Of a stretch of 64,000 nucleotides of DNA, positions 9,892-19,841 are shown piece after piece. Below the pieces are notes generated by a model. That model made no database searches. It was given only the letters and a program-made list of their open reading frames with translations, and was not told the DNA's origin. The DNA is taken from the IMG/VR virus record IMGVR_UViG_3300027762_000003, positions 1-64,000 of that record, one strand, 5' to 3'. The translations under genes were made by a program, and so were the position numbers. Source of the DNA: a virus. The number at the start of each line of letters is the position of its first letter. Within the stretch, counting starts at the first letter, position 1.

Positions 9892-10391
9892 CTTTTAACA
9901 GCGCTATCTTTTCCCGAAGTGATTTTGATAATCCCTCCTTTAATTGTCGAAATCTTCAGATGCGGGAACGCCTCCTTGATTTCTTGAACGTAGAACGAAG
10001 GGCGTTTATGCATCTGATAGCCCTTAGGGGTTTCCCCCTCTTGTTTATTACCGTCATAGTAGACGGTAATAAAAACCTCTTCGGCAACTTCTAGGGCATG
10101 AGCGATCACCGTGAGACGGACGGTCTTCTCTCGAATGACATTGAGGACATTCGAGAGAAGGACAGTGTGGTATTCGCCACTCAGGACGCGGCTGTTATGT
10201 TCAGGAGTGCGATTGAAAGGATCGTAAACCTGAGCATCAAAACCCGCATCCTTAAGGTAGTCAATGCCTAGATCATATTTACCACCACCGTAGTCAAGTA
10301 CGGATTTTCCAGAAAACAGTTGGTGGTGACGGTGCAGTGCAGGCACTTGTTTAATACTGGTCAGTGCTGATGAGTATTGTTGAGTAATCAC
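9888..10391 (-). CDS. Small class I SAM-dependent methyltransferase
   Basis: VLDYGGGK, YDPF, SNVLNVI motifs. Confidence 0.8.
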   Translation of the reverse strand: MITQQYSSALTSIKQVPALHRHHQLFSGKSVLDYGGGKYDLGIDYLKDAGFDAQVYDPFNRTPEHNSRVLSGEYHTVLLSNVLNVIREKTVRLTVIAHALEVAEEVFITVYYDGNKQEGETPKGYQMHKRPSFYVQEIKEAFPHLKISTIKGGIIKITSGKDSAVKR

Positions 10392-10440
10392 GATATGGCT
10401 CCTTGTTTTATCTATATCCTTATAATAACTGAATGTTTAG

Positions 10441-10791
10441 TTATTGTAAAGTATTTTCCACAAAGCGCTGAAACCCTTGCTGCACATCACCGATCGCCCT
10501 CTTCTTCTTAGCCATCTCACCAAGGACGTAGAGAAGCGGTAACTGCTTACCCAGTAAGTCCGCTTCTTCGGCGATCACCCTCAAGGACTTCGGCTCATCG
10601 GTCAGGACGGTGATCGCTGCGCGGGCAATTTGCTGTAGCTCCAGCGAGTCCCTAAGAGTCCCGTTTTCCGGACAAAAAAGGATCGCAATGATCTCCTCTG
10701 TGCCACGGGTTCCCTTGTCTGCATCAAATTCAAAGTATCCAGGAGGATAGACTTTTACCTCCTGCTTGGGTGTTGCTTTAGCTCTAGCCAT
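10441..10791 (-). CDS. Hypothetical protein, possible winged helix
   Basis: 116-aa ORF directly downstream of the putative initiator. Confidence 0.55.
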   Translation of the reverse strand: MARAKATPKQEVKVYPPGYFEFDADKGTRGTEEIIAILFCPENGTLRDSLELQQIARAAITVLTDEPKSLRVIAEEADLLGKQLPLLYVLGEMAKKKRAIGDVQQGFQRFVENTLQ

Positions 10792-10794
10792 TTC

Positions 10795-12138
10795 CTAAGA
10801 CTCCAAGCTCTCAGGAGGTTCAGCAAATCCGATCAGCCGGCAATCCTTGAAGACTTCCACTAATCCGTACCTGATGGCATGTTCCCTAGACGCTTCAAGC
10901 AATGGATCATCTGGGCCCATTGCCAAGAATCGATCGCGGGCACTATTCGCTGCTGCTTCCTTCTTCTCATCTTTCCTGGTAGGAAGAAGTCCCCGAACCG
11001 TCTTTAGGTATCCAACGCTCTGCTTCTTGCTAGAATCAGGTTGAGATGCACCCTGGGTTCCCTGCTCCTCTTGAGCGATTCCGGTTCTGGAATCGGCGGG
11101 GTTTATTTTGGGTTGGGGTGCGGGTTCCTCAACGTAGATTGAAGTAGGGGAAACGGCTGCAAGATGGCGAACAAACTGCTCTTGCTCTTCGGCGGGAATA
11201 GACAAGCCTGCATCTATTCTGGTCTTGACGTTATTGGCGCGTTTTTCAAAATGCCGGCAGTAGACGTTCCAGTCAGCTTCTAATCGCTCGTATTTTAACT
11301 GAGCGTCAGCATCCCGATCTTCAGACGTTTTACCACTAACGCGATAGTAGCCCAATACTTGCGGTTCAGCTAAGTCTTCTTTGCCCGTTTTAACGTTCTT
11401 GAATCGGTCACTAAAAGTGTCGATCCAGCAATCAATTTTCCACGCCAAGAACTCTGGCTTTATCCTTCTGTGTTCATTTTTCCATGGGCCATCGGGGATG
11501 GATGCGTGAGGGTTGGCGTTCAGAGATCTCTGTCCCCACTGGTTACGGGTGGGTTGAATACCAAAGTGCGGGTCTGTGGTACTGATTTCGCCGGGATTTG
11601 AGATCTCCTCTACCTTTTCCTCAGTAACCTCTACCTTTTCCTCAGTAACCTCTACCTTTTCCTCTATAACCGGAGCCGGTGCGGGTGGCTTGGGTGGCTT
11701 GGGTGACTTGGGCTTGGTGTTTTTCCGCTTCTCAGAGGATGCCGGTTTGGTTGGGGTTGGAACTGGGATGGACTTCTTTAGCCAGCGATAAAGCTGTGCG
11801 TACTTACCGCTAACTCTCTCTAGAATGCCTTCCTTGATTAGCTTGGCAATAAAACGTTGGGGTGTCCGCTCGGACTGGTATCCAAGCTTTTGAGCCAAAA
11901 ACCTAGGATCTAATCTGAACTCCCCACCGTTCCTACACTCAAAGGGATAGAGCGTTTGGATCTGGATGACAAAAAACCGGAGTGGTGGGTTCACGATTTT
12001 CTCCCGGATGTAGTCAAGGAAGGAGCTTGTGCAGGGGAAAAACTTCTCCTTGATTTTCTTGTCAACTTTGGAGCTGACTGTGCTATGATCAGAGGAGCTT
12101 AACTCCAAGTCAAAGGAAGTTGTTGTAGAAGCCGTCAT
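10795..12138 (-). CDS. Probable replication initiator (N-terminal winged HTH, Pro-rich linker)
   Basis: FLAQKLGYQSERTPQRFIAKLIKEGIL wHTH, low-complexity linker, C-terminal domain; lies upstream of dnaB on the same strand and near an origin-like element. Confidence 0.5.
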   Translation of the reverse strand: MTASTTTSFDLELSSSDHSTVSSKVDKKIKEKFFPCTSSFLDYIREKIVNPPLRFFVIQIQTLYPFECRNGGEFRLDPRFLAQKLGYQSERTPQRFIAKLIKEGILERVSGKYAQLYRWLKKSIPVPTPTKPASSEKRKNTKPKSPKPPKPPAPAPVIEEKVEVTEEKVEVTEEKVEEISNPGEISTTDPHFGIQPTRNQWGQRSLNANPHASIPDGPWKNEHRRIKPEFLAWKIDCWIDTFSDRFKNVKTGKEDLAEPQVLGYYRVSGKTSEDRDADAQLKYERLEADWNVYCRHFEKRANNVKTRIDAGLSIPAEEQEQFVRHLAAVSPTSIYVEEPAPQPKINPADSRTGIAQEEQGTQGASQPDSSKKQSVGYLKTVRGLLPTRKDEKKEAAANSARDRFLAMGPDDPLLEASREHAIRYGLVEVFKDCRLIGFAEPPESLES

Positions 12139-12446
12139 TCCGCCCCTCCGACACTTTCCGAAATATCTGCATCAGACCGCTCTTGCCACATCTCCGCAAG
12201 GGCGGTTTTGATGTGTTGGGATGTTGTACAGAGGGTGTTGGCGATCGACTCTATCTCGCGGGCAATCACTTCATTAGTGAGTAGCTCAAACTTAATTTCA
12301 GATTCAAGCTCACTAGGGAGTCTATGTATCGTTTGAGTCTCTGTGCTTTGGTTGTGACGGATCGGGGTGTTGGGAACCGCCATCAGTGGGGGAAGTTTTA
12401 GGGTATTTTCACCAGACTTGTTATCTGGCTTAGATTCTGATATCAT
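12135..12446 (-). CDS. Hypothetical protein
   Basis: ATGA overlap with the downstream gene. Confidence 0.55.
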   Translation of the reverse strand: MISESKPDNKSGENTLKLPPLMAVPNTPIRHNQSTETQTIHRLPSELESEIKFELLTNEVIAREIESIANTLCTTSQHIKTALAEMWQERSDADISESVGGAE

Positions 12447-12562
12447 GAGATTAGTGTTTTATTTTGTGTAAGGGTTGGCGTTTGGAAAGCCGGGTTTTCT
12501 AAAATCCTCCTTCATTCGCCTCCCCCTTTTTTTTCTCTCTTCACAGGTTCAACCTCGAAAGT

Positions 12563-12928
12563 ATGAAAAATCACCATTTTTCCCTCCAGTCTATTATAGT
12601 CAATTGCCTCAAGGACTTAGATGTACCAACAAGTTACTTATCGGAAGTTACCGGTAGAACACCCCAAGCGATTAACAAAATCAAACGAATGGGTGGCGGT
12701 ACTCAAGTAGAGACATTAGAAGCCATTATACAATCTGTCTCAGCATCTTATCCAGAGTTTTGTCCGATCTTCATAGATCGGATTCATCAATCTTTGGGGT
12801 ATCAACCCCCGGAAAGCGCTGACCGGAGCAAGATAGCAATGGCGGCTATCCGTTCCTCTTCCTTCAATGAAGCCTTCCTTTATTATAAGTCCATCAGTGA
12901 TCGCCTGATGCGGGAGGATCTTCTTTGA
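12563..12928 (+). CDS. XRE-like HTH regulator
   Basis: PTSYLSEVTGRTPQAINKIKR...TLEAI; divergent from the replication operon. Confidence 0.6.
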   Translation: MKNHHFSLQSIIVNCLKDLDVPTSYLSEVTGRTPQAINKIKRMGGGTQVETLEAIIQSVSASYPEFCPIFIDRIHQSLGYQPPESADRSKIAMAAIRSSSFNEAFLYYKSISDRLMREDLL

Positions 12929-13049
12929 TTTTTCTAGTCCTGCGTCTTCTCTTGATTTCGGAGAGGATCAGCAAGTTGTCAGCTAGGTTAGTTTGGAGTA
13001 AGCTAAGTAGCTCATCGTCTGGGATACGTTGGAGATCCCTGGGTTTCAC
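12894..13049 (-). CDS. Small 51-aa protein (MKPRDLQRIPDDELLSLL...), not in ORF track
   Basis: GTG start with GGAGG SD and upstream TGTTATAAT extended -10. Confidence 0.45.
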   Translation of the reverse strand: MKPRDLQRIPDDELLSLLQTNLADNLLILSEIKRRRRTRKIKEDPPASGDH

Positions 13050-13126
13050 GCTGTATTGTTCCCCTCCTCCTTTGTTGTTTTGTCATTATAACACATACCC
13101 ATTATATTTACACAGGATCAAGAAAT

Positions 13127-13708
13127 GTGTCAAGAGAAAAATTTGTCCGAGTCCAGATCGTTGTCACTCCAGAGCTGAAGGATCAGTTAGACAAGCTATC
13201 TAATAAGAGTGCATTCATCCGTGCTGCGATCGCCGAAAAGCTTGGTATCGATGCCCATACATTTGAGATTGATACTGAGGATACCCGACTGGTTGACCAT
13301 CAATGCCAGGTCTACGTTACGGAATCCATGAAGCAAGCTTTGTCAGAAGTAGAGAATCAGAGCGAATTTGTCCGACAGGCGATCGCTGCACGAATGCGAA
13401 AATTTGGGCTATGTAATGATGACTATTCTAGACTAAAATCCCTCGCTGCTGGATTGGGGCTACCCTTAGATGAATTAGTGTACCGGGTTCTGAAATCGGC
13501 AATCAAGGATGGTGATCGGGGACAGTTACGGCTCGACTATGTTGAGCGGTTCCGAGATCTGCTGCCAAGGGGCGATCGGGAATTAAGAGAATTGAGTGAG
13601 CGATCGGGTGTGGAATTACAGAAGCTTAGGGATATTCGCTCAGGGAAGCTCAACGACTTAAGACACAAGGAGTTATCCCGCCTCCAGGAAGCATTAGGAG
13701 TCGATTAA
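13127..13708 (+). CDS. Tandem ribbon-helix-helix plus C-terminal HTH DNA-binding protein
   Basis: Repeats VQIVVTPELKDQLDKLSNKSAFIRAAIAEKL and QVYVTESMKQALSEVENQSEFVRQAIAARM, a third RHH-like unit, then LRELSERSGVELQKLRDIRSG. Confidence 0.7.
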   Translation: MSREKFVRVQIVVTPELKDQLDKLSNKSAFIRAAIAEKLGIDAHTFEIDTEDTRLVDHQCQVYVTESMKQALSEVENQSEFVRQAIAARMRKFGLCNDDYSRLKSLAAGLGLPLDELVYRVLKSAIKDGDRGQLRLDYVERFRDLLPRGDRELRELSERSGVELQKLRDIRSGKLNDLRHKELSRLQEALGVD

Positions 13709-13770
13709 GTGTTACGGATATCAAATCGGGCTAGGGGTTGTTTCGGTTCTTACCAAGATGACCCCCCTCT

Positions 13771-14182
13771 TTTTCAGTATTTTCAACAGGCAGGAAACGA
13801 CATTCTTGTCGTTTAGTGGGTATAAGTAAGCGACATCTTTGTCGTTTCCTCGACGACAGGTTTGTCGTTTAAACGATCACTTTGTCGCTTCCTTCGTCTG
13901 AAAGTCTTATAAATCAAGCTTTCCAGGTTCTCTTAGATCTTTAAGATCTAAATACAAATAGATCTATAGGAATTACAGATCTTGATCATTAAAACAAGAA
14001 GGAAAGGCAAAGCGCGTAAAACCCCTAATTTCAAAATCAACGCTCTTAAAAATAAATTACATCTCTCTTTGGTTGAAAAACAAAAATCAATATCCTCACC
14101 CACAACCTTAAAGAAAAGATCCTTATGGGGTTGACGAAAAAATCAATAGTCATAGGGGTTGACGAAAAAATCAACATTATTG
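13771..14182 (+). repeat. Origin-like element copy 1 (four 20-bp palindromic iterons, AT/AGATCT-rich tract, two GGGGTTGACGAAAAAATCAA boxes)
   Basis: AAACGACA-N4-TGTCGTTT-type boxes at 13795, 13828, 13851, 13871; inverted homologue at 44499-44906. Confidence 0.85.
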
Positions 14183-14294
14183 AGGGTGTAGGTGTTGAAC
14201 AATGAGTCAATACCATAGGTAAAGACACTAAAAAAAACGAGGTCGGTTATACCACCTCGGCTGGTTGATGAGTCGCTCAAATTTGCCCCTACGG

Positions 14295-15863
14295 CTAACT
14301 AGCCAGCTTAACCCTCTGTTCCCTCTTTTCAATCTTATCCATCGCCTCCTGGACAAATATAAGGGCTTTGTGGCTCACGCCTGGGTACTCATTGAAAAAC
14401 TCGGATTGAACCCAACCCCGATCGCTACCTGAGCATTCCCAGAGATATTCTAGATAATCCTCCTTGCTGCATCCCGTAAAGGAGTAGGCACGCCAATTGC
14501 TTGGCGGTAGCTCACCGACTTCCGTTTTGTACTGGAAGAAAGCCCAGCTAGGAGGGTAACCCAAATCATAGGCTTGTCGGATTGATTCATAGTAGATATC
14601 GCGCTTCTCCTGGATTGTGAGCTTCCTGATTTTAGGCTTTTTGACCACCAACTCCTCAAGCTCTCGCTCTTTCCTGATTTCCTTAGCCCAGGTATATCCA
14701 CAAGAACAGACCTGTACGAAGCAATAATGAATCTCTCCGCACTCTGGACACTCTTTCATTGGTACATCACCCCGACCAACCTCTTTCGCCTCATCTAGGG
14801 TAAATTTTCGCATGGATTCAGGAAGCCCAAGAGTCTTGCAGTTTCCGGTCTGGTCGAGTACGATGCAATTCTTTTTCCCTGGTGCGATCCGCATTCCCCG
14901 GCCAATCTGCTGGAAGTGGATCGCCTTAGATTTGGTGTGTCGTAGGAGCATCAAGCAATCAACCAGTGGGGAATCGAAACCTATGGACACGACCATGCAT
15001 GAGGTTAATACCAAGATCTCACCGGATTCAAGCTTGGAGTAGATCCGGTTCCGTTCAGCTATGGGAGTCTCACCGCTCACCGTAGCAGCCGGGATGCCCG
15101 CTTCATTGAAGGCGATCGCCACCGCTTCAGCGTGAGAGACATCCACACAGAAAGCCAGCGATCGTCGTCCGTTTGCCTTCTCTCTCCAATCGTTAATGAT
15201 TGCCTTGATTAGTTCGGGGTCATTACAAGCGTTCGACAGGTCTTTGGTTTTGTAATCTCCTTGGCTTAAGGGGACATTAGAAACATCTGCTTGCTGCTTT
15301 AAGCTGAAGTACCTCATCTTGCATAGGTATCCCATCTCTTGAAGCTTGTGGGGCACAGGAGCAGCCAGTAGCGAATCGAAATAGGTTTTCATCCCTTCCT
15401 TCTTACTGAGGCGGTAGGGGGTAGCCGTGAATCCTATGCGCTTGGATTCCAGATTCTCCATAATCCACTTTCCTGCCGTGGAGAATGCGGTGGTGTGCGC
15501 TTCATCCAGAACCACCATCTTCCAGGGTTGATGCTTCCACCAATCCCGTCGGGCTAAGGTCTGTGCTGACGCGACTTGGATTGCCATGCGTCGGTCTTCT
15601 TTGAAGCGCCCGGCGATGATGCCGATATTGTAAACGCCTACGGATTGGAGCTTGGCGATCGTTTGTCCGATGAGTACATCCATGTGAACAACGATGAGGA
15701 CTTGGCACGGTTGCCAGACGGCTGGAGCGACATACCTGGAACAGGCTTCGGAGAAAATGACGGTTTTGCCTGCACCGGTTGGAGCGCAAACGCATGTCCG
15801 TGCGTCTGAGGGTAACCCCATGATTTGGTCAATTAGTTCTTGTTGGTAGTCTCGGAGTTTCAT
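14295..15863 (-). CDS. SF2 DEAH helicase (RadD/UvsW-like) with Zn ribbon
   Basis: LRDYQ, APTGAGKT, LDEAH, GFTATP, IGFD, QQIGRGMR, CPECG. Confidence 0.92.
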   Translation of the reverse strand: MKLRDYQQELIDQIMGLPSDARTCVCAPTGAGKTVIFSEACSRYVAPAVWQPCQVLIVVHMDVLIGQTIAKLQSVGVYNIGIIAGRFKEDRRMAIQVASAQTLARRDWWKHQPWKMVVLDEAHTTAFSTAGKWIMENLESKRIGFTATPYRLSKKEGMKTYFDSLLAAPVPHKLQEMGYLCKMRYFSLKQQADVSNVPLSQGDYKTKDLSNACNDPELIKAIINDWREKANGRRSLAFCVDVSHAEAVAIAFNEAGIPAATVSGETPIAERNRIYSKLESGEILVLTSCMVVSIGFDSPLVDCLMLLRHTKSKAIHFQQIGRGMRIAPGKKNCIVLDQTGNCKTLGLPESMRKFTLDEAKEVGRGDVPMKECPECGEIHYCFVQVCSCGYTWAKEIRKERELEELVVKKPKIRKLTIQEKRDIYYESIRQAYDLGYPPSWAFFQYKTEVGELPPSNWRAYSFTGCSKEDYLEYLWECSGSDRGWVQSEFFNEYPGVSHKALIFVQEAMDKIEKREQRVKLAS

Positions 15864-15894
15864 TGTTTTGTCTATGTGGGATAGGGTTCAAAGG

Positions 15895-16428
15895 CTAGAA
15901 GGGGCTATCCAAGAACAACTCTTGCTCCGTGATAATTTTCCAGTCCTCACGGTTATAAGCAAGCGCTTCTTGTAAATCTTCGTTAGTCCACCGCTCAAAA
16001 TATTTAATCTTTTCGTCTAAATAGGATAGAGAGCGATTAGAAAACAAATCATCTAGAATTCTCTCTAGTCCAGTTTCTCCGAAAGCGGCTAATAGAACGA
16101 TGGATTCCGATCTTCTATTGGTGATTGCATCCCAAGTGACAAACTTGATGAAGTCTCGGACGGATATCGTTTGGGATCTAGTTCCATACCTCTCAGATGA
16201 GATCTGTACCTCAATTTGACAACCCGTGAAACCCTGTTCCTGTAAAGCTTTGAGGGCTTTCTTGCCGTTTTTTGGCAACCTGCCTAAATACTCCTTACTG
16301 CGTCCGATCGCTAAAGAAGCGCCTGTCACCCCAATCCGTTTTTCCCCATCAGGGAGCATGTAGCAGTCCAGTGCCACATCCCCTGCTAACTTTAATTCCG
16401 CATTAACAGCTCTAATGGTATCATTCAT
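15895..16428 (-). CDS. Phage antirepressor-like DNA-binding protein (P63C-associated N-terminal type)
   Basis: LDCYMLPDGEKRIGVTGASLAIG pattern; preceded by the conserved leader motif. Confidence 0.55.
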   Translation of the reverse strand: MNDTIRAVNAELKLAGDVALDCYMLPDGEKRIGVTGASLAIGRSKEYLGRLPKNGKKALKALQEQGFTGCQIEVQISSERYGTRSQTISVRDFIKFVTWDAITNRRSESIVLLAAFGETGLERILDDLFSNRSLSYLDEKIKYFERWTNEDLQEALAYNREDWKIITEQELFLDSPF

Positions 16429-16485
16429 ATGTTGACCTCTACTACAGGTTGACCACGCCCTCGGTTGCTGATAACAACGCGGGGG
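16429..16485 (-). promoter_or_regulatory. Conserved structured 5' leader (copy B)
   Basis: CCCCCGCG TTG TTATCAG CAA CCGAGGG CGTGGTCAACCT GTAGTAG AGG TCAAC AT ATG. Confidence 0.7.
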
Positions 16486-16566
16486 TACTTTAATGCTTAT
16501 ATCGTATCATAAAAAGCACGGTAAAAACCGCGCTTAACTATCAGTTATTCAGAGGTTTAATACGGT

Positions 16567-17370
16567 TTAATACGGGATATCTTCCTCCTCCATCGGCGGA
16601 TAACTCCCCTTACGCTTAGTGACCCACTCCACCCAAGCGGCTCCCTTTTTACCACTTTCAGAAGCGGGTAAGTTGTCAAAGCAATCTTGAATATAAGTGA
16701 TGTCCCATTCGGGCAACTCTCCCTGTGCCCATATTATTGCATCATCCGGATTCTTCCACTTTCTCCAAGGTTTAGACGGGTCATCGATCGCCGCCACATT
16801 CCCCACTACCGGCGCGGGGGTCTCTCTCGGTTGAACGTTGAGAACTTGAGAACCGGGGTATTGCTTGGCGATCGCCGAAGCCGCCGCACTAACCGCTCTT
16901 TGTTCCTGTTGCCTTGGCGATGTTTGTACAGGTCTTGCCGGGGGTCTACTTCCTCCCCCATTTCTTTCCCGTCCTTTTTTGTGGTATAAGTCGAGACCTA
17001 GCCCAAATTTTGCACAACAGCGCCGAAACGCCATAGCTTCTGCGTTAGAGGTCGGATCGCCAAAGGAGCGTTTCCGTTTCCCGTCAGACTTAAAAACATT
17101 ATGAGCGTCGTGCTCTTCTTGCCCGGTTGATTGCCTGGAAAGGGCAATATCTTCCCCTTGGATCGTAAGCTTACCGATCACGATGGTTCTATCATCGTGG
17201 TGTCTCACCTCTATTTCCCATTCCCAGAGATAATCGGCGCGCTCGTTAAGCAAATCTACTAGGTTATACCAGGAGATATAAGAGACCTCTGTCCCTTCCT
17301 CCCTTTTGATAGAGACAAGCTCTTGGGGTACGGGGGCGCGTAGTGCGGCTAGGATTTCAGAAATATTCAT
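16567..17370 (-). CDS. Rad52/22 (Sak-like) single-strand annealing protein
   Basis: SYISW, GDPTSNAEAMAFRRCCAKFGLGLDLY. Confidence 0.88.
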   Translation of the reverse strand: MNISEILAALRAPVPQELVSIKREEGTEVSYISWYNLVDLLNERADYLWEWEIEVRHHDDRTIVIGKLTIQGEDIALSRQSTGQEEHDAHNVFKSDGKRKRSFGDPTSNAEAMAFRRCCAKFGLGLDLYHKKGRERNGGGSRPPARPVQTSPRQQEQRAVSAAASAIAKQYPGSQVLNVQPRETPAPVVGNVAAIDDPSKPWRKWKNPDDAIIWAQGELPEWDITYIQDCFDNLPASESGKKGAAWVEWVTKRKGSYPPMEEEDIPY

Positions 17371-17594
17371 GCTTCACCTGTGTTTTATTTTGTGGTGTGC
17401 TAGTATCGATGAATCACGCTTCGTGTCGTGATTTTCTTTGTTTTGTCTATGCATGAAGGGGAGAGATGCTTGTCCGGCGCTCTCCCTTTCGTGTATGTAT
17501 CTACAATAGCGCGATATTTTACTATTGTAAATAGATGCGATAAACCACATTAGTGTTAAACTCAGCTATAATACGTTTACAATAGCGAGGCGCT

Positions 17595-17855
17595 ATGGTT
17601 AAAAAAGGCGAAAAACGAGAAGTAACCTGGACTCCGAACCCCGACGGTTGTCCTTTGTTTGGCAAGAAATATAAATTCGAGCCAAGGTATGGGAAAAGGA
17701 TGGGAAAGTCGATAACCCTGGCTATGCTCACTGAGGATTATATGCGCGTAAAGGATCGGGCTAAGGAAGAGAATCGCAGTGTACAGGATTTCATCCGTGC
17801 GGCGATCGTCTACGCGCTAGAACACCCAGAAACCATTAAGGAGGAGCGCCAGTAA
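17595..17855 (+). CDS. Ribbon-helix-helix (CopG/Arc-like) regulator
   Basis: [32 protein letters not shown]. Confidence 0.7.
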   Translation: MVKKGEKREVTWTPNPDGCPLFGKKYKFEPRYGKRMGKSITLAMLTEDYMRVKDRAKEENRSVQDFIRAAIVYALEHPETIKEERQ

Positions 17856-19839
17856 TGTAAATTTCGGTTATATTCCCTACCTTCCTCTGCTCAATGGGGC
17901 AACCGTTAACGCCCTGGACGAATGCGGCGACGTTAGGGTATGTGCCCCAATCCCAGACAGGGAATAATGCATTAGGATCTGTGAAGTTTGTGGCTAAGTT
18001 GTCATCTCCATCGTAGGCACCGAACCTGAAATAATAGTTGGTGGTAACGCTGGCATCGGGGTTAATGACATCAACCTGCCAGAAGTGTACATCTCGAACG
18101 TCAGCTTGGCTATAAACTACATGGCCCCTAAGTTCCTCACAAGGGTTAGGTTCTGGCGTAGGTGTTGGCGTAGGCGTTGGCGTAGGTGCTGGCGTAGGTG
18201 CTGGACTTGGAGATGGACTTGGAGATGGACTTGGAGATGGGGATGGTGCTGGACTTGGAGATGGGGATGGTGCTGGACTTGGTGCAGGAGTGGGCGCTGG
18301 ACTTGGTGCAGGAGTGGGCGCTGGACTTGGTGCAGGAGTGGGCGCTGGACTTGGAGATGGGGATGGTGGAGAAGGCGCTGGAGTAGGGTAAGGTGATGGT
18401 GCGGGGGTTGGGGTGGGTGGGTCTTTCTCTTCTTCTTCCTCCTCCTCCTCTTCTTCTTCCTCCCGTTTTTCGGGGCGAAACTCTAATGCCCAACTTCCCC
18501 ATGGACTCAAAAACTCTTCCTCTCCTTCTTTGTACCCTATTTTGTAGTGAATAAAATCAACGTACCCTTCTTTTTTTTCTTCTCCTGCAATAACTGTGGG
18601 TTCGGTATAAGTAGGGTATACAACATTTTTCTTGGTGACCGTTCCTACGTTATCAAGAAAACCGCCTCTCGAATACTCTAGCTGACTTTTAGGTTTAACC
18701 TTGGCTAAATAAGTGCCTGGTGGTAGTACAACAAAATTAGTAGACAAGGGAGACGGTGCGCCCGGATTACCTATTTGTGTGTCACACTTATATTGCCCAT
18801 CTTTGTAATATTCTCTATTTTTAGTAGAGTAATATTTTGAGTCTACCTGTTCAGACCACTTGCCCCCATTTATTAGCTTGCTGTCTGACATTAACGAGAA
18901 ACCCCTTTGTGTCTTTATCCTACCATCGACTCCCGTAGGAAGGCACTCGTATCTTAATGGAAATATAGCCTCAATTGATTTCGTGGATATGTCAGCTATA
19001 GGATTACATGCAGCCACTTCTAGTCCCCTAGGTAGAAGCCTAATTTTTATTTTTACACGAGTTCCTTTTGACTGATAAGAAAAACTGTCGCTACCCAGCA
19101 CATCATACAATCTTCTATATTTAAAAACTTTGAGATCCTCATCCCATTCCACTTTTGCTCCTTTACTGGACTCATGATCGTAGCTATCTACTTTAAATCC
19201 TTCTACTGCTTTTGTCTCTGCGTCTTTAAGGATTGAAGGCGTTATCTCTACGGTTCTAGAGTCAGTGTTATCTAAGATAGTCTCTTTTTCCAAAGTAGGG
19301 GAATCATCATCATTTACATATATTGTCGATCCGCCTTTTTCATTGTTTGGTGTTGTCGATGCAAGAAATGGCCATCCCACTTTTATTTCATTCCAGGGTG
19401 GTGGAGCCTCACCCGCATCATAATTCAAGCAGGACGTGCTAAACTTCCACATATGATCGTGATCTGGCCAAAATAGCATCTCGACCGTCTCGTCTTCTGG
19501 ATCAAGGGTAACCTTGTCTTCTTCTTCCTCATCCGATCGCCGCTTCTTCCGATCCTGCTCCAGATTCACCCGTGGTTTGTACGTTATTGACTTCGCATTT
19601 CCCTCCATTCGCGGCACAACTTTCTCGCCTTTCTTGATGCCACCAGAAGCGAGGTTATGGACTTCAGTTTCTCGACCGTTCACTTTGACGATCGCCTGTC
19701 CATTTTTATAGCCTACAAAATAGGTGTCCTTGCGCTCCTCATCCGCTTTCTCCCTTTCTGCCACTTCCTCTGTGTGCTTCTGGCGATTCTGTGCGGCTAG
19801 GCGTTGAATTAAGCGCTGCTCTTCTCTGGAGAAAGTCAT
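17836..19839 (-). CDS. Probable virion/tail-associated protein with Ig-like segment, poly-Glu and Pro/Ser/Thr linker
   Basis: Last gene of the tail operon; GSDSFSY Ig-like motif; poly-Glu run then about 90 aa of PAPSPS/PTP repeats. Confidence 0.55.
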   Translation of the reverse strand: MTFSREEQRLIQRLAAQNRQKHTEEVAEREKADEERKDTYFVGYKNGQAIVKVNGRETEVHNLASGGIKKGEKVVPRMEGNAKSITYKPRVNLEQDRKKRRSDEEEEDKVTLDPEDETVEMLFWPDHDHMWKFSTSCLNYDAGEAPPPWNEIKVGWPFLASTTPNNEKGGSTIYVNDDDSPTLEKETILDNTDSRTVEITPSILKDAETKAVEGFKVDSYDHESSKGAKVEWDEDLKVFKYRRLYDVLGSDSFSYQSKGTRVKIKIRLLPRGLEVAACNPIADISTKSIEAIFPLRYECLPTGVDGRIKTQRGFSLMSDSKLINGGKWSEQVDSKYYSTKNREYYKDGQYKCDTQIGNPGAPSPLSTNFVVLPPGTYLAKVKPKSQLEYSRGGFLDNVGTVTKKNVVYPTYTEPTVIAGEEKKEGYVDFIHYKIGYKEGEEEFLSPWGSWALEFRPEKREEEEEEEEEEEEKDPPTPTPAPSPYPTPAPSPPSPSPSPAPTPAPSPAPTPAPSPAPTPAPSPAPSPSPSPAPSPSPSPSPSPSPSPAPTPAPTPTPTPTPTPEPNPCEELRGHVVYSQADVRDVHFWQVDVINPDASVTTNYYFRFGAYDGDDNLATNFTDPNALFPVWDWGTYPNVAAFVQGVNGCPIEQRKVGNITEIYITGAPP
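18154..18465 (-). repeat. Coding low-complexity tandem repeats (24-bp PSPAPTPA units, PS/PT dipeptides, poly-Glu)
   Basis: GCTGGACTTGGTGCAGGAGTGGGC x3 and GGACTTGGAGAT repeats. Confidence 0.9.
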
Positions 19840-19841
19840 TT

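Noticed and set aside
13795-13890. CRISPR array
   Set aside because: 20-bp palindromes with 0-13 bp gaps and no unique spacers; these look like iterons or operators
18085-18502. Trp/Arg-rich and other ORFs over the repeat tract
   Set aside because: Shadow frames of the Pro/Ser tandem repeat
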